From assembly GCA_903939555.1 (NCBI GenBank), contig CAJAHV010000031.1:1-45138 (forward strand): 45,138 nucleotides of DNA, given 5' to 3'. Under the pieces are notes generated by a model. It saw only the letters and a list, made by a program, of their open reading frames with translations, searched no databases and had not been told where the DNA came from. Positions 21,254 through 28,802 of the stretch are shown one piece after another (position 1 is the stretch's first letter; each line of letters starts with the position of its first letter). A program made the translations under genes and the position numbers. Source of the DNA: an uncultured Alphaproteobacteria bacterium. GTDB lineage: Bacteria; Pseudomonadota; Alphaproteobacteria; Sphingomonadales; Sphingomonadaceae.

Positions 21254-21262
21254 GCACTGTGG

Positions 21263-22246
21263 TCAATTTGCCACAGTCAGGCCTTTTTTTGCCAGCCATT
21301 CGGGATTGTAAAGGGTCGACAGATAACGCAGGCCTGAATCGCACAGGATGGTGACGATCATGTGTCCCGGCCCCATCTGCCGCGCCAGTCGCACCGCGCC
21401 GGCGACATTGATGCCCGACGACAAACCAAGGCACAGTCCTTCCTCGACGTTCAATCGTCGCACCCAATGAAACCCTTCGGCATCGGGAACGCGGAATTGA
21501 GCATCAACCGCCAGGCCATCGAGATTGGCTGTGATGCGGCTCTGGCCGATGCCTTCCGACACGCTCGAGCCCTCGGCCCGCAATTCGCCATGGGCAAAAT
21601 AATTGTACAGAGCAGCGCCCTCCGGATCCGTCAGCGCGATCGTCACATCGGGCTTTTCAGCGCGCAATCCCAAGGCAACACCCGCGAGCGTGCCCCCGGT
21701 GCCGACCGCACAAGTGAAGCCATTGATCCGGCCGCCGGTCTGTTCCCAGATTTCGGGCGCCGTCGTCTTGATATGCGCCATGCGGTTTGCGACATTGTCA
21801 AACTGGTTGGCCCAGACCGCGCCCGGCGTTTCCTCGGCGATGCGGCGCGAGGTGTGAACATAATGCGCCGGGTTCGAATAGGCAGCCGCCGGCACCAGCA
21901 CCAGTTCAGCCCCGAGCGCGCGCAGCGTGTCCTGTTTCTCCCGGCTTTGCGTTTCAGGCATCACGATAATGGTCTTGTAACCGCGGGCAGCACCGACCAC
22001 GGCAAGCCCGATACCGGTGTTGCCGGCAGTGCCTTCGACAATGAGGCCGCCAGGCAGCAACTGGCCACGGCGTTCGGCATCCTCGACAATTTCGAGTGCG
22101 GCTCGATCCTTCACGCTGCCGCCCGGGTTCAAAAACTCCGCCTTGCCCAGGATGATGCAGCCGGTGTCGGCACTCGGGCCCTTCAGCCGCAGCAGCGGCG
22201 TCTTGCCGATCAGCGCGATAATGTCAGGAGCAAAAGCGGCGGGCAT
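21263..22246 (-). CDS. cysK: Cysteine synthase (O-acetylserine sulfhydrylase family)
   Basis: IGKTPL, KAEFLNPGGSVKDR (PLP Lys), TAGNTG, NQFDN, GTGGT and CDSG.RY.S. Start at ATG 22246. Confidence 0.92.
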   Translation of the reverse strand: MPAAFAPDIIALIGKTPLLRLKGPSADTGCIILGKAEFLNPGGSVKDRAALEIVEDAERRGQLLPGGLIVEGTAGNTGIGLAVVGAARGYKTIIVMPETQSREKQDTLRALGAELVLVPAAAYSNPAHYVHTSRRIAEETPGAVWANQFDNVANRMAHIKTTAPEIWEQTGGRINGFTCAVGTGGTLAGVALGLRAEKPDVTIALTDPEGAALYNYFAHGELRAEGSSVSEGIGQSRITANLDGLAVDAQFRVPDAEGFHWVRRLNVEEGLCLGLSSGINVAGAVRLARQMGPGHMIVTILCDSGLRYLSTLYNPEWLAKKGLTVAN

Positions 22247-22252
22247 CGTAGG

Positions 22253-22281
22253 CGCATACCCCGCACCACGACCAGCGGCAA
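22253..22281 (-). promoter_or_regulatory. Leaderless-type promoter for cysK
   Basis: Minus strand TTGCCG, N17, TATGCG, N6, ATG; no SD. Confidence 0.55.
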
Positions 22282-22328
22282 GGAAGCTCTGGTTTCCTGA
22301 CGCCAAGCCGGGCTAAAGTCGCGCTATT

Positions 22329-23855
22329 ATGGCAATCCGTGCGCAAAAGACCAAGACTGCCGGACTGGTCCTCCTCGCAGCGCCAGCGCTGCTGTTGGCC
22401 GGCTGCGGCGCCTCGCAGGAAGGCACGCAACTGGTGGTGACGGTCGTCGGCGAGCCGGGCCGCGGCCTGGCCCGGCGGCTGGAGGCGGAGGCGACCCAGC
22501 CCGGGCTGGTGGCGCGCGACGGCTCTGGCCAGGTTGTCGCCGGGCTCGCGTCCAGTTGGCGGTTCCTCGACAATGGCAGCAGCCTGATCCTGCGGCTGCG
22601 CCCGGTCAAATGGAGCGATGGCCAGCCGCTCGCGGCAAGCGATGTGGTCGCTGCATTGCGCCGCGCTGCGGCCCGGCGGGAACTGGCACTGGGCTTTGCC
22701 GGCATTGCCGGCGCGCCCCTGCCCGGACAAGCCAACCCCGGCCGGCTGAGCATTGCGGCGCCGATCTCGCGCGTCGTTGAACTGCGGCTGAGCGGCGCCT
22801 CTCCGCAAACACTCGGCTGGCTGGCCGATCCCGGCCTCGGCATCACGCGTCCCGGCCGCAAGGCGCCAACGCTGGCGGCCTATGTTGCAAGCGGGCCTGC
22901 CAACGCCCGGCTGCTGAACCGACGCAGCGACATCGCCAGCCCGGAAGCCCGGCCCGCCGTCATCCGCATCGCCACCGCCGACAGCCGCAGCGCCATTGCC
23001 GGCTTCGCTCGCGGCGAGAGCGATATCGTTTTCGGGGAAGGCCTTGCCGGACTTGGCGAAGCGCGCACGGTGGTACGCGCCGACGCGCTGCGCCTCGATC
23101 CGGCCTGGGGGCACTATGGCTATATCGCCAACAGCCGGACAGGCACGCTGGCCAACCCCGACGTACGCCGCGCACTTGCCATGGCGATAGACCGGCCCGG
23201 ATTGACAGTACGCTTCGGCATTGCGGCCATCGTCCCGGCCAATGGTCTCTTGCCCCGAGCTGCGCCGGTTATCGTCGCAGCCAGCGGCGAAACGCTCCAC
23301 GCCGGCATGACCGACTGGTTATCGCCCGATCTGGAAGCCCGCCGCGACGAAGCGCGCCGTCTACTGGCCGCAGCCGGCTATTCGGTCGCGCGGCCGCTGC
23401 GGCTGGTCGTGCTGTTGCCGCCCGGGCGGGACCATCGCAGCGTTGCCGACATCGTGGGCAATGACTGGCGCGCAATCGGGGTCGTGCTGGCCACCAGCGA
23501 ACTGCCGGCCAGCGCCATCGAAGGCCGCATTGCGCGAGGCAATTTCGACCTTGCGCTAACCGAGGCAGCCCTTTCCGAACCCGACCCCGCAGCGGCGCTC
23601 GCGCGCTGGCATTGCGGGGCCGGCCCGCACTGCAATCCCGTCGCCGACGCGCTGCTCGATGCCGCACACACGGCACCGGGGCCGGCCCGCGAGACGCTGC
23701 TGGCGCAGGCCGAAACAGAATTGCTGCGCGGGCCGCCTTTGATCCCGCTGTTCAGCGCCATCCGTTGGGCGCTGGTGGCGCGGGATGTCGACGGCTGGGT
23801 GCCCAATCGCGCTGCCAGCCATCCACTTGCCAGGTTGGCGGTGGCGCGCCGGTAA
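22329..23855 (+). CDS. ABC transporter substrate-binding lipoprotein, family 5 (OppA/DppA-like)
   Basis: Lipobox LLLAGC; GLASSW....G...LRLR..KWSDGQPL.ASDV, VRRALAMAIDR and EARRLLAAAGY motifs. Confidence 0.85.
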   Translation: MAIRAQKTKTAGLVLLAAPALLLAGCGASQEGTQLVVTVVGEPGRGLARRLEAEATQPGLVARDGSGQVVAGLASSWRFLDNGSSLILRLRPVKWSDGQPLAASDVVAALRRAAARRELALGFAGIAGAPLPGQANPGRLSIAAPISRVVELRLSGASPQTLGWLADPGLGITRPGRKAPTLAAYVASGPANARLLNRRSDIASPEARPAVIRIATADSRSAIAGFARGESDIVFGEGLAGLGEARTVVRADALRLDPAWGHYGYIANSRTGTLANPDVRRALAMAIDRPGLTVRFGIAAIVPANGLLPRAAPVIVAASGETLHAGMTDWLSPDLEARRDEARRLLAAAGYSVARPLRLVVLLPPGRDHRSVADIVGNDWRAIGVVLATSELPASAIEGRIARGNFDLALTEAALSEPDPAAALARWHCGAGPHCNPVADALLDAAHTAPGPARETLLAQAETELLRGPPLIPLFSAIRWALVARDVDGWVPNRAASHPLARLAVARR

Positions 23856-23914
23856 CGCCGGCCGCTGCGCTACTGGGGGTGAGCAATCGCCATTCGCGGC
23901 CTTTGATCGTCAGG

Positions 23915-24325
23915 TCAGACCGGGAAGAATTTGCGTGTGGCCAAAAAGCCGATTGTGGCGGCCGAGCCGGTAAGAAAAGTGCCCCACATCAGGTCGAGAA
24001 TGGTGACCTTCAGGCTCCAAATCCTCAGCGTTGCATAATTGGTCATGTCATAGGTCATGTAGCAAAAGAAGCCGAACAGCGCGCCCTGCACCAGCGCCGT
24101 CTGCCATTTGCCCGATGCCAGGGCCGGCTGCACCGCAAAAATCAGGATCCCGGCAATGTAGAGCAGATAAAAGACGATCGCCGGTCCAAGCCGGAAGTTT
24201 TCGGCCATCAATTCGCCAATCTCGGGCTTGTACAGCCGGGTCGACATGGTGATCAGCCAGATACTGTCGACAGCGGCGAAACCCAAGCCGGTGGCGATGA
24301 AGGCGGTGACAGATTTCATAATCAT
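23915..24325 (-). CDS. DUF2177 family membrane protein
   Basis: D.IWL....LY...IG.L, A..FYLLY..G, GALFG...Y.TYD.TN.ATL..W......D..WG pattern. Start is ATG 24325 or 24319. Confidence 0.85.
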   Translation of the reverse strand: MIMKSVTAFIATGLGFAAVDSIWLITMSTRLYKPEIGELMAENFRLGPAIVFYLLYIAGILIFAVQPALASGKWQTALVQGALFGFFCYMTYDMTNYATLRIWSLKVTILDLMWGTFLTGSAATIGFLATRKFFPV

Positions 24326-24402
24326 CCGGTCAGCATAGACGCAGCGCTGTTTCCGGGCCAATATGAAATCGCAGAAACGACGAGCGACCGGGGGAGTCGA
24401 TC

Positions 24403-25053
24403 ATGGGGGACGAATTCGCGGACCGGCCGCCGGGCTTGGTATCGCGTGCAGCGCGCGCGGCGCTGGTGGCTTTCTACCGGCAGCAAGGCTGGCGGGCGCA
24501 ATCGCACGGGCCAATCCCGCAGCGCTGCATCATCATCGCGGCGCCGCACACGTCGAACTGGGATTTTCTCAATTTCGTCGGCTTGACGCATGACCTGGGG
24601 TTCCAGGCCCATTTCATGGGCAAGAAGGAATTGTTCCGCTGGCCGATGGCCAATTTCATGCGCGAGAACGGCGGCATCCCGGTCGATCGCCGGGCAGGTG
24701 GCAATTATGTTCAGGCGATGATCGACCAGTTCGCCCGCCGCGACGTCTTTCGCCTGACCATTGCCCCCGAAGGCACGCGCAGCGCAGTGCGCAAATGGCG
24801 CACCGGTTTCTACCATATCGCCATGGGCGCCGGCATTCCGCTGGTCTGCGGGCTGATGGATTATGCCAAGAAGATCGGCGGGCTCGGCCCTGCTTTCATG
24901 CCGAGCGGCGACTATGCTGCCGACATGGGCCGGGTGGAGGAATATTATCGCTCGGTGACGCCCAAATATCCCCAGCATGCCACCGCCAGCATCGTCGCGG
25001 CGAGCGGCGGCTATCGCTATGTGCCGACCGCGATGGTCGAGGAGACCGTCTGA
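24403..25053 (+). CDS. Lysophospholipid acyltransferase (PlsC-like)
   Basis: HxxxxD motif APHTSNWD, GIPVDR, APEGTR and TGFYHIA. SD GGGGAG. Confidence 0.9.
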   Translation: MGDEFADRPPGLVSRAARAALVAFYRQQGWRAQSHGPIPQRCIIIAAPHTSNWDFLNFVGLTHDLGFQAHFMGKKELFRWPMANFMRENGGIPVDRRAGGNYVQAMIDQFARRDVFRLTIAPEGTRSAVRKWRTGFYHIAMGAGIPLVCGLMDYAKKIGGLGPAFMPSGDYAADMGRVEEYYRSVTPKYPQHATASIVAASGGYRYVPTAMVEETV

Positions 25054-25853
25054 TGGCGCTTGTGCAACCCCTTCTCGTCAACCTCGCTGCGATCATGGTG
25101 GCGATGCTGGTCCTCTGGCAGATTTCGGTCGCCATCAAAGATGTCAGCTTCATCGATGCCGTCTGGGCCTATGGCATGGTCGGGCTGACGCTGCTGACCG
25201 CGGTGCTGATGCCGGGCAGCCCGGTCGGGCCACACAGCACGGCCCTGCTGCTGCTCACCGCCATCTGGGGGCTGCGGCTCGGCACGCATTTGCTCATCCG
25301 CTGGCGCCGGCTGGGGCGCGACCCGCGCTATGACCGTATCGTCGGCGGCACCATGAAGGCCAAGGGCTGGAGCTTTTCCAAAACCTCGCTGATCATGGTC
25401 TTTGCCATGCAGGGGCCGTTGCTGTGGACGGTGTCGCTGCCGGCGCAGGTGGGGCTGCTGTCGGACGCGGGTGGCCCCATCGGCGGGATCGGGTTGATCG
25501 GCATCGCGCTGGCGGTGATCGGCATCAGCTTCGAAAGCCTCGGCGATCTGCAGCTCGAAGCCTTTCGGCGCAACCCCGCCAGCCATGGCAAGGTCCTCGA
25601 TACAGGCTTGTGGCGCTATACCCGCCACCCCAATTACTTCGGCGATGCCTGCACCTGGTGGGGCATCTGGCTGGTGGCGATTTCGGGCGGTGCCGGGCTG
25701 TGGACGGCAGTGGGGCCGCTGTTTTTGACCTTCACTTTGGTCAAATGGAGCGGGGCAGCGTTGCTCGAAAAGGGACTGAAGAAGACGCGGCCGGAGTATG
25801 CCGAATATATTGCGAAGACGTCTTCGTTTATTCCTTGGCCGCCAAAGGGGTAG
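25053..25853 (+). CDS. DUF1295 (steroid 5-alpha-reductase/ICMT-like) membrane protein
   Basis: DVSFID..W, WGLRL, DPRY, E..GD.QL..F, GLWRYTRHPNYFGD..WWG and TSSFIPWPP. TGATG coupling to the upstream gene. Confidence 0.9.
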   Translation: MALVQPLLVNLAAIMVAMLVLWQISVAIKDVSFIDAVWAYGMVGLTLLTAVLMPGSPVGPHSTALLLLTAIWGLRLGTHLLIRWRRLGRDPRYDRIVGGTMKAKGWSFSKTSLIMVFAMQGPLLWTVSLPAQVGLLSDAGGPIGGIGLIGIALAVIGISFESLGDLQLEAFRRNPASHGKVLDTGLWRYTRHPNYFGDACTWWGIWLVAISGGAGLWTAVGPLFLTFTLVKWSGAALLEKGLKKTRPEYAEYIAKTSSFIPWPPKG

Positions 25854-25950
25854 GGTGTGGGTAAGGTCGGGGGCAACATGGTTTGACGGCAACACGCGTT
25901 GACTGCGGCGGGCCGAATGCGGCTGCGAGCAGGCCGGCAGCCGCCGTGAC

Positions 25951-25978
25951 TTGATATCGGCAAACCGGCGGATACTGT
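25951..25978 (+). promoter_or_regulatory. Candidate sigma70 promoter, near-leaderless
   Basis: TTGATA, N16, TACTGT, N8, ATG (25987). Confidence 0.5.
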
Positions 25979-25986
25979 TGGGTTCG

Positions 25987-26532
25987 ATGCAAAATCCTCC
26001 GTCCGAATTTGCTGGCCGCGACCGCGCCGAACTCCGTCGCCACCTGACCAAATATTGGAAGATGGAGGCCGGCAATGTGCTTTTGATACCGGCAATGGGG
26101 TGCGCCATGCTGTGGTCGGGCGACGTCACGCCCGATGTTGCCGCCATCGCTGCTATGACAGCGTGTTCATTGCTGTTGGTGATCGGGGCTGCGGCATGGC
26201 GCATGGCGCTGGCAGGCCTGGATGGCGATACGGCGCTGGCTGAGAAGCTGACGACGGCTTGCGCATGGGCTGAATGGCCGTCACTGGCGGTGCTGGTTTT
26301 CGCAACGGCGATGGCTACGGCGTCGGTGGTGGAAGGTGGCTGGCGACCCAACAGCTTTGCCGCGGCCGGGTTTACGCTGATGGGCTGGCTGGAATATGTG
26401 AATTATTACCATGTGCAGTTGCAGAACTTCGATTCCGCCATCGATCTGAAACGGCTGCAGGCCGGGCGCGGTTTGCGCTCAGCGCATCTTGGCCGAGCGG
26501 TGCGGGCGTGGCGGACACGACGCCGCCGCTGA
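25987..26532 (+). CDS. Hypothetical membrane protein (about 4 TM)
   Basis: Hydrophobic helices and a distinctive C-terminal EYVNYYHVQL..FD motif; has its own promoter candidate. Confidence 0.75.
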   Translation: MQNPPSEFAGRDRAELRRHLTKYWKMEAGNVLLIPAMGCAMLWSGDVTPDVAAIAAMTACSLLLVIGAAAWRMALAGLDGDTALAEKLTTACAWAEWPSLAVLVFATAMATASVVEGGWRPNSFAAAGFTLMGWLEYVNYYHVQLQNFDSAIDLKRLQAGRGLRSAHLGRAVRAWRTRRRR

Positions 26533-26577
26533 ACCGACCTGCGGCGCTTTGCCGACCGGGGTAGTGCCAAGGTCGGT
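26533..26577. terminator. Inverted repeat between convergent genes
   Basis: ACCGACCT (26533-26540) / AGGTCGGT (26570-26577), with inner GGCGCT/AGTGCC pairing. Confidence 0.45.
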
Positions 26578-26780
26578 CAGCTTTCCAAGGCGCGTTCGAA
26601 GAGCCATACGCGGATGGCACTGGACAAATTGGTCGTGCGGGCTTCGTCGATTTCGGCGACGAGGGCGGCGAGGGGCTTGTTTTCGGCCTCGGCGGCGGCC
26701 TTGAGGGCTTCCCAGAAGATGGGTTCAAGGGTGAGACTGGTCGCGTGGCCGGCGATGGTGAGGGAGTGTTTTTGGGTCAT
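26577..26780 (-). CDS. Ribbon-helix-helix (RHH_4) domain protein
   Basis: KHSLTIAGHATSLTLEPIFWEAL..LVAEID...NLSSAIRVWL matches the alphaproteobacterial RHH_4 pattern. Confidence 0.9.
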   Translation of the reverse strand: MTQKHSLTIAGHATSLTLEPIFWEALKAAAEAENKPLAALVAEIDEARTTNLSSAIRVWLFERALES

Positions 26781-26809
26781 AGGGGTGGTGCCCTGAGGTC
26801 ACTTGCGTC

Positions 26810-26983
26810 GGGGTGAAGCCCCCTATCCCGCTTGCGGGAGATGCGAAGCAAGGAAAGCAAGAGGCACGGGCAAAGCCCGTGCTGGCGCCGGACGGGTTGG
26901 GTTGGCTTTAGGCCAACCGCCCCGCCGATCGGACTTGCGCAGGTCCGCGTGCAACGCTTTGCGTTGCTTGCGGCCGCGCTGCG
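26810..26983. repeat. Intergenic multi-hairpin palindromic element (REP-like or structured RNA)
   Basis: Six consecutive stem-loops at 26810-26822, 26826-26839, 26864-26882, 26889-26927, 26930-26947 and 26951-26967. Confidence 0.7.
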
Positions 26984-27706
26984 TCAGTACATATGCTGAC
27001 CGCCATTGATGCTCATCGTCGAGCCCGTGATGAACCCCGCATCTTCGGCACACAGGAACACCACGCCGCGGGCGATCTCGTGCGCCTGGCCGAGCCGCCC
27101 TGCCGGAATCTTGGCGACGATTTTTTCCAGCACGTCTGCCGGCACCGCCGCAACCATGTCGGTGTCGACATAGCCGGGTGCAATCGCATTGACCGTGATT
27201 CCGAAACGCGCGCCTTCCTGCGCCAGCGCCTTGGTGAAGCCGTGGATGCCCGACTTCGCCGCGGCATAATTGACCTGGCCATATTGCCCGGCCTGGCCGT
27301 TGATGCTGCCAATATTGACGATACGGCCGAACCCGCGCGACTTCATGCCGGCGAACGTCGCCTTGGCCATGTTGAAACAGCCGCCCAGGTTGACGCGGAT
27401 GACTTCATCCCACTGCGCATAGCTCATCTTCATCAACGTGCCGTCGCGCGTGATGCCGGCATTGTTGACGACAATGTCGACAGGACCCAGTGCCGCTTCG
27501 ACTGCGGCGACGCCATCGAGGCATTCCTGATGATCGGCAACGTTCCACTTGAATGACGGGATGCCGGTGCGTTCTGTGAATTCGCGGGCCTTGACATCAT
27601 CGCCGCCATAATTGGCCGCCACGGCAACGCCCTGTTCCTTGAGCTTGAGGCAGATCGCCTCTCCGATGCCGCGTGTGCCACCCGTTACAATCGCTACTCG
27701 TCCCAT
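26984..27706 (-). CDS. phbB: Acetoacetyl-CoA reductase (PHB synthesis)
   Basis: SDR motifs TGGTRGIG, NNAGITRD, SINGQAGQYGQVNYAAAKSG and the C-terminus INGGQHMY typical of PhbB. Confidence 0.93.
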   Translation of the reverse strand: MGRVAIVTGGTRGIGEAICLKLKEQGVAVAANYGGDDVKAREFTERTGIPSFKWNVADHQECLDGVAAVEAALGPVDIVVNNAGITRDGTLMKMSYAQWDEVIRVNLGGCFNMAKATFAGMKSRGFGRIVNIGSINGQAGQYGQVNYAAAKSGIHGFTKALAQEGARFGITVNAIAPGYVDTDMVAAVPADVLEKIVAKIPAGRLGQAHEIARGVVFLCAEDAGFITGSTMSINGGQHMY

Positions 27707-27752
27707 GTCGAAAGTCCCCGCGCCGGTCGCTGCGGTTCATCCGCGCGATACT

Positions 27753-28802
27753 TCAGTCTAGCGACGGATTGACCCAGCCGGCAAGTTCCCGTGCCACCAA
27801 AGCGTATAACATTTCGATACCGACCGGCGTGTCGTTGAGGCAGGGCAGATAGGCGAAATCAGTGCCACCATGTTCGAGGAAAGTCTCGCGACCCTCCATC
27901 GCAACTTCTTCCAGCGTTTCGAGGCAATCGGCCGAAAAGCCGGGGCACACGACCGCGATGCGGCGAATACCCTGCCCCGGCAGCGATTCGAGCATGCCGT
28001 CGGTGTAAGGCCGCAACCATTCGGCCCGGCCAAAGCGCGACTGGAAGGTCACCCTTAGCGGCAGGTCGAGCGCTTCCTGCAGCAACCGCCCGGTCTTGAG
28101 GCACTGGCAATAATAGGGATCACCCATGTCGAGCGTGCGCCTGGGCATGCCGTGGAAGCTGGTGACAATCAGGTCGGGAACGAAATCAAGCCGGGCCAGC
28201 CCGTCGCGCACACCCTGTGCCAACGCGGCGATATGATCGGGATTGTCATAATAGGGCGGCAGAGTGCGCAATGCCGGCTGCCAGCGCCAGCCGGCGATTG
28301 CGGCATTCGCCGCATCGACGACGGTCGCGTTGGTCGCGGCCGAATATTGCGGATACATTGGTGCCAACAAGATACGGTCACACCCCTGTTGCTGCAGCGC
28401 CGCCAGCCGTTCCCCGATCGACCGGCTGCCATAGCGCATACCCCAGTCGACGATCACATTGGGTCCAAAGCGCCCGGCCAACGCCGCAGCCTGCGCCTTC
28501 GTGATGGCGGTGATCGGCGAGCCGTCGGCTGTCCACACCTTGGCATAATTGGCCGCCGTCGTGCGTGGCCGGATGTTGAGGATCAGCAGGTTGAGGATCG
28601 GTTTCCAAAAGAAGGCAGGAATTTCGATGACGCGCGGATCCGACAGGAATTCGCCAAGAAAGCGCTTTACCGATGGCACATCGGGCGCATCCGGCGAACC
28701 AAGATTGACAAGCAGCACGCCAACGCGGCCGGCCCGCGCGGGCGGGTGGCTGTCGGGGCGCAGTACCGGCGCCGGCGTCGGGACGGGAAAGGCGTTGTTC
28801 AT
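27753..28802 (-). CDS. hemH: Ferrochelatase
   Basis: GVLLVNLGSP, FLSDPRVIE, MRYG, PMYPQYS, SFHG.P, FQSRFG..WL.PYT and DCLETLEE. ATGA overlap with the upstream stop. Confidence 0.96.
   Translation of the reverse strand: MNNAFPVPTPAPVLRPDSHPPARAGRVGVLLVNLGSPDAPDVPSVKRFLGEFLSDPRVIEIPAFFWKPILNLLILNIRPRTTAANYAKVWTADGSPITAITKAQAAALAGRFGPNVIVDWGMRYGSRSIGERLAALQQQGCDRILLAPMYPQYSAATNATVVDAANAAIAGWRWQPALRTLPPYYDNPDHIAALAQGVRDGLARLDFVPDLIVTSFHGMPRRTLDMGDPYYCQCLKTGRLLQEALDLPLRVTFQSRFGRAEWLRPYTDGMLESLPGQGIRRIAVVCPGFSADCLETLEEVAMEGRETFLEHGGTDFAYLPCLNDTPVGIEMLYALVARELAGWVNPSLD

Noticed and set aside
26810-26983. CRISPR array, tRNA, or the 68/76-aa ORFs at 26803-27053
   Set aside because: The hairpins differ in sequence, so there is no repeat-spacer periodicity; no cas genes; no T-loop/CCA cloverleaf; the ORFs lack start signals and motifs.
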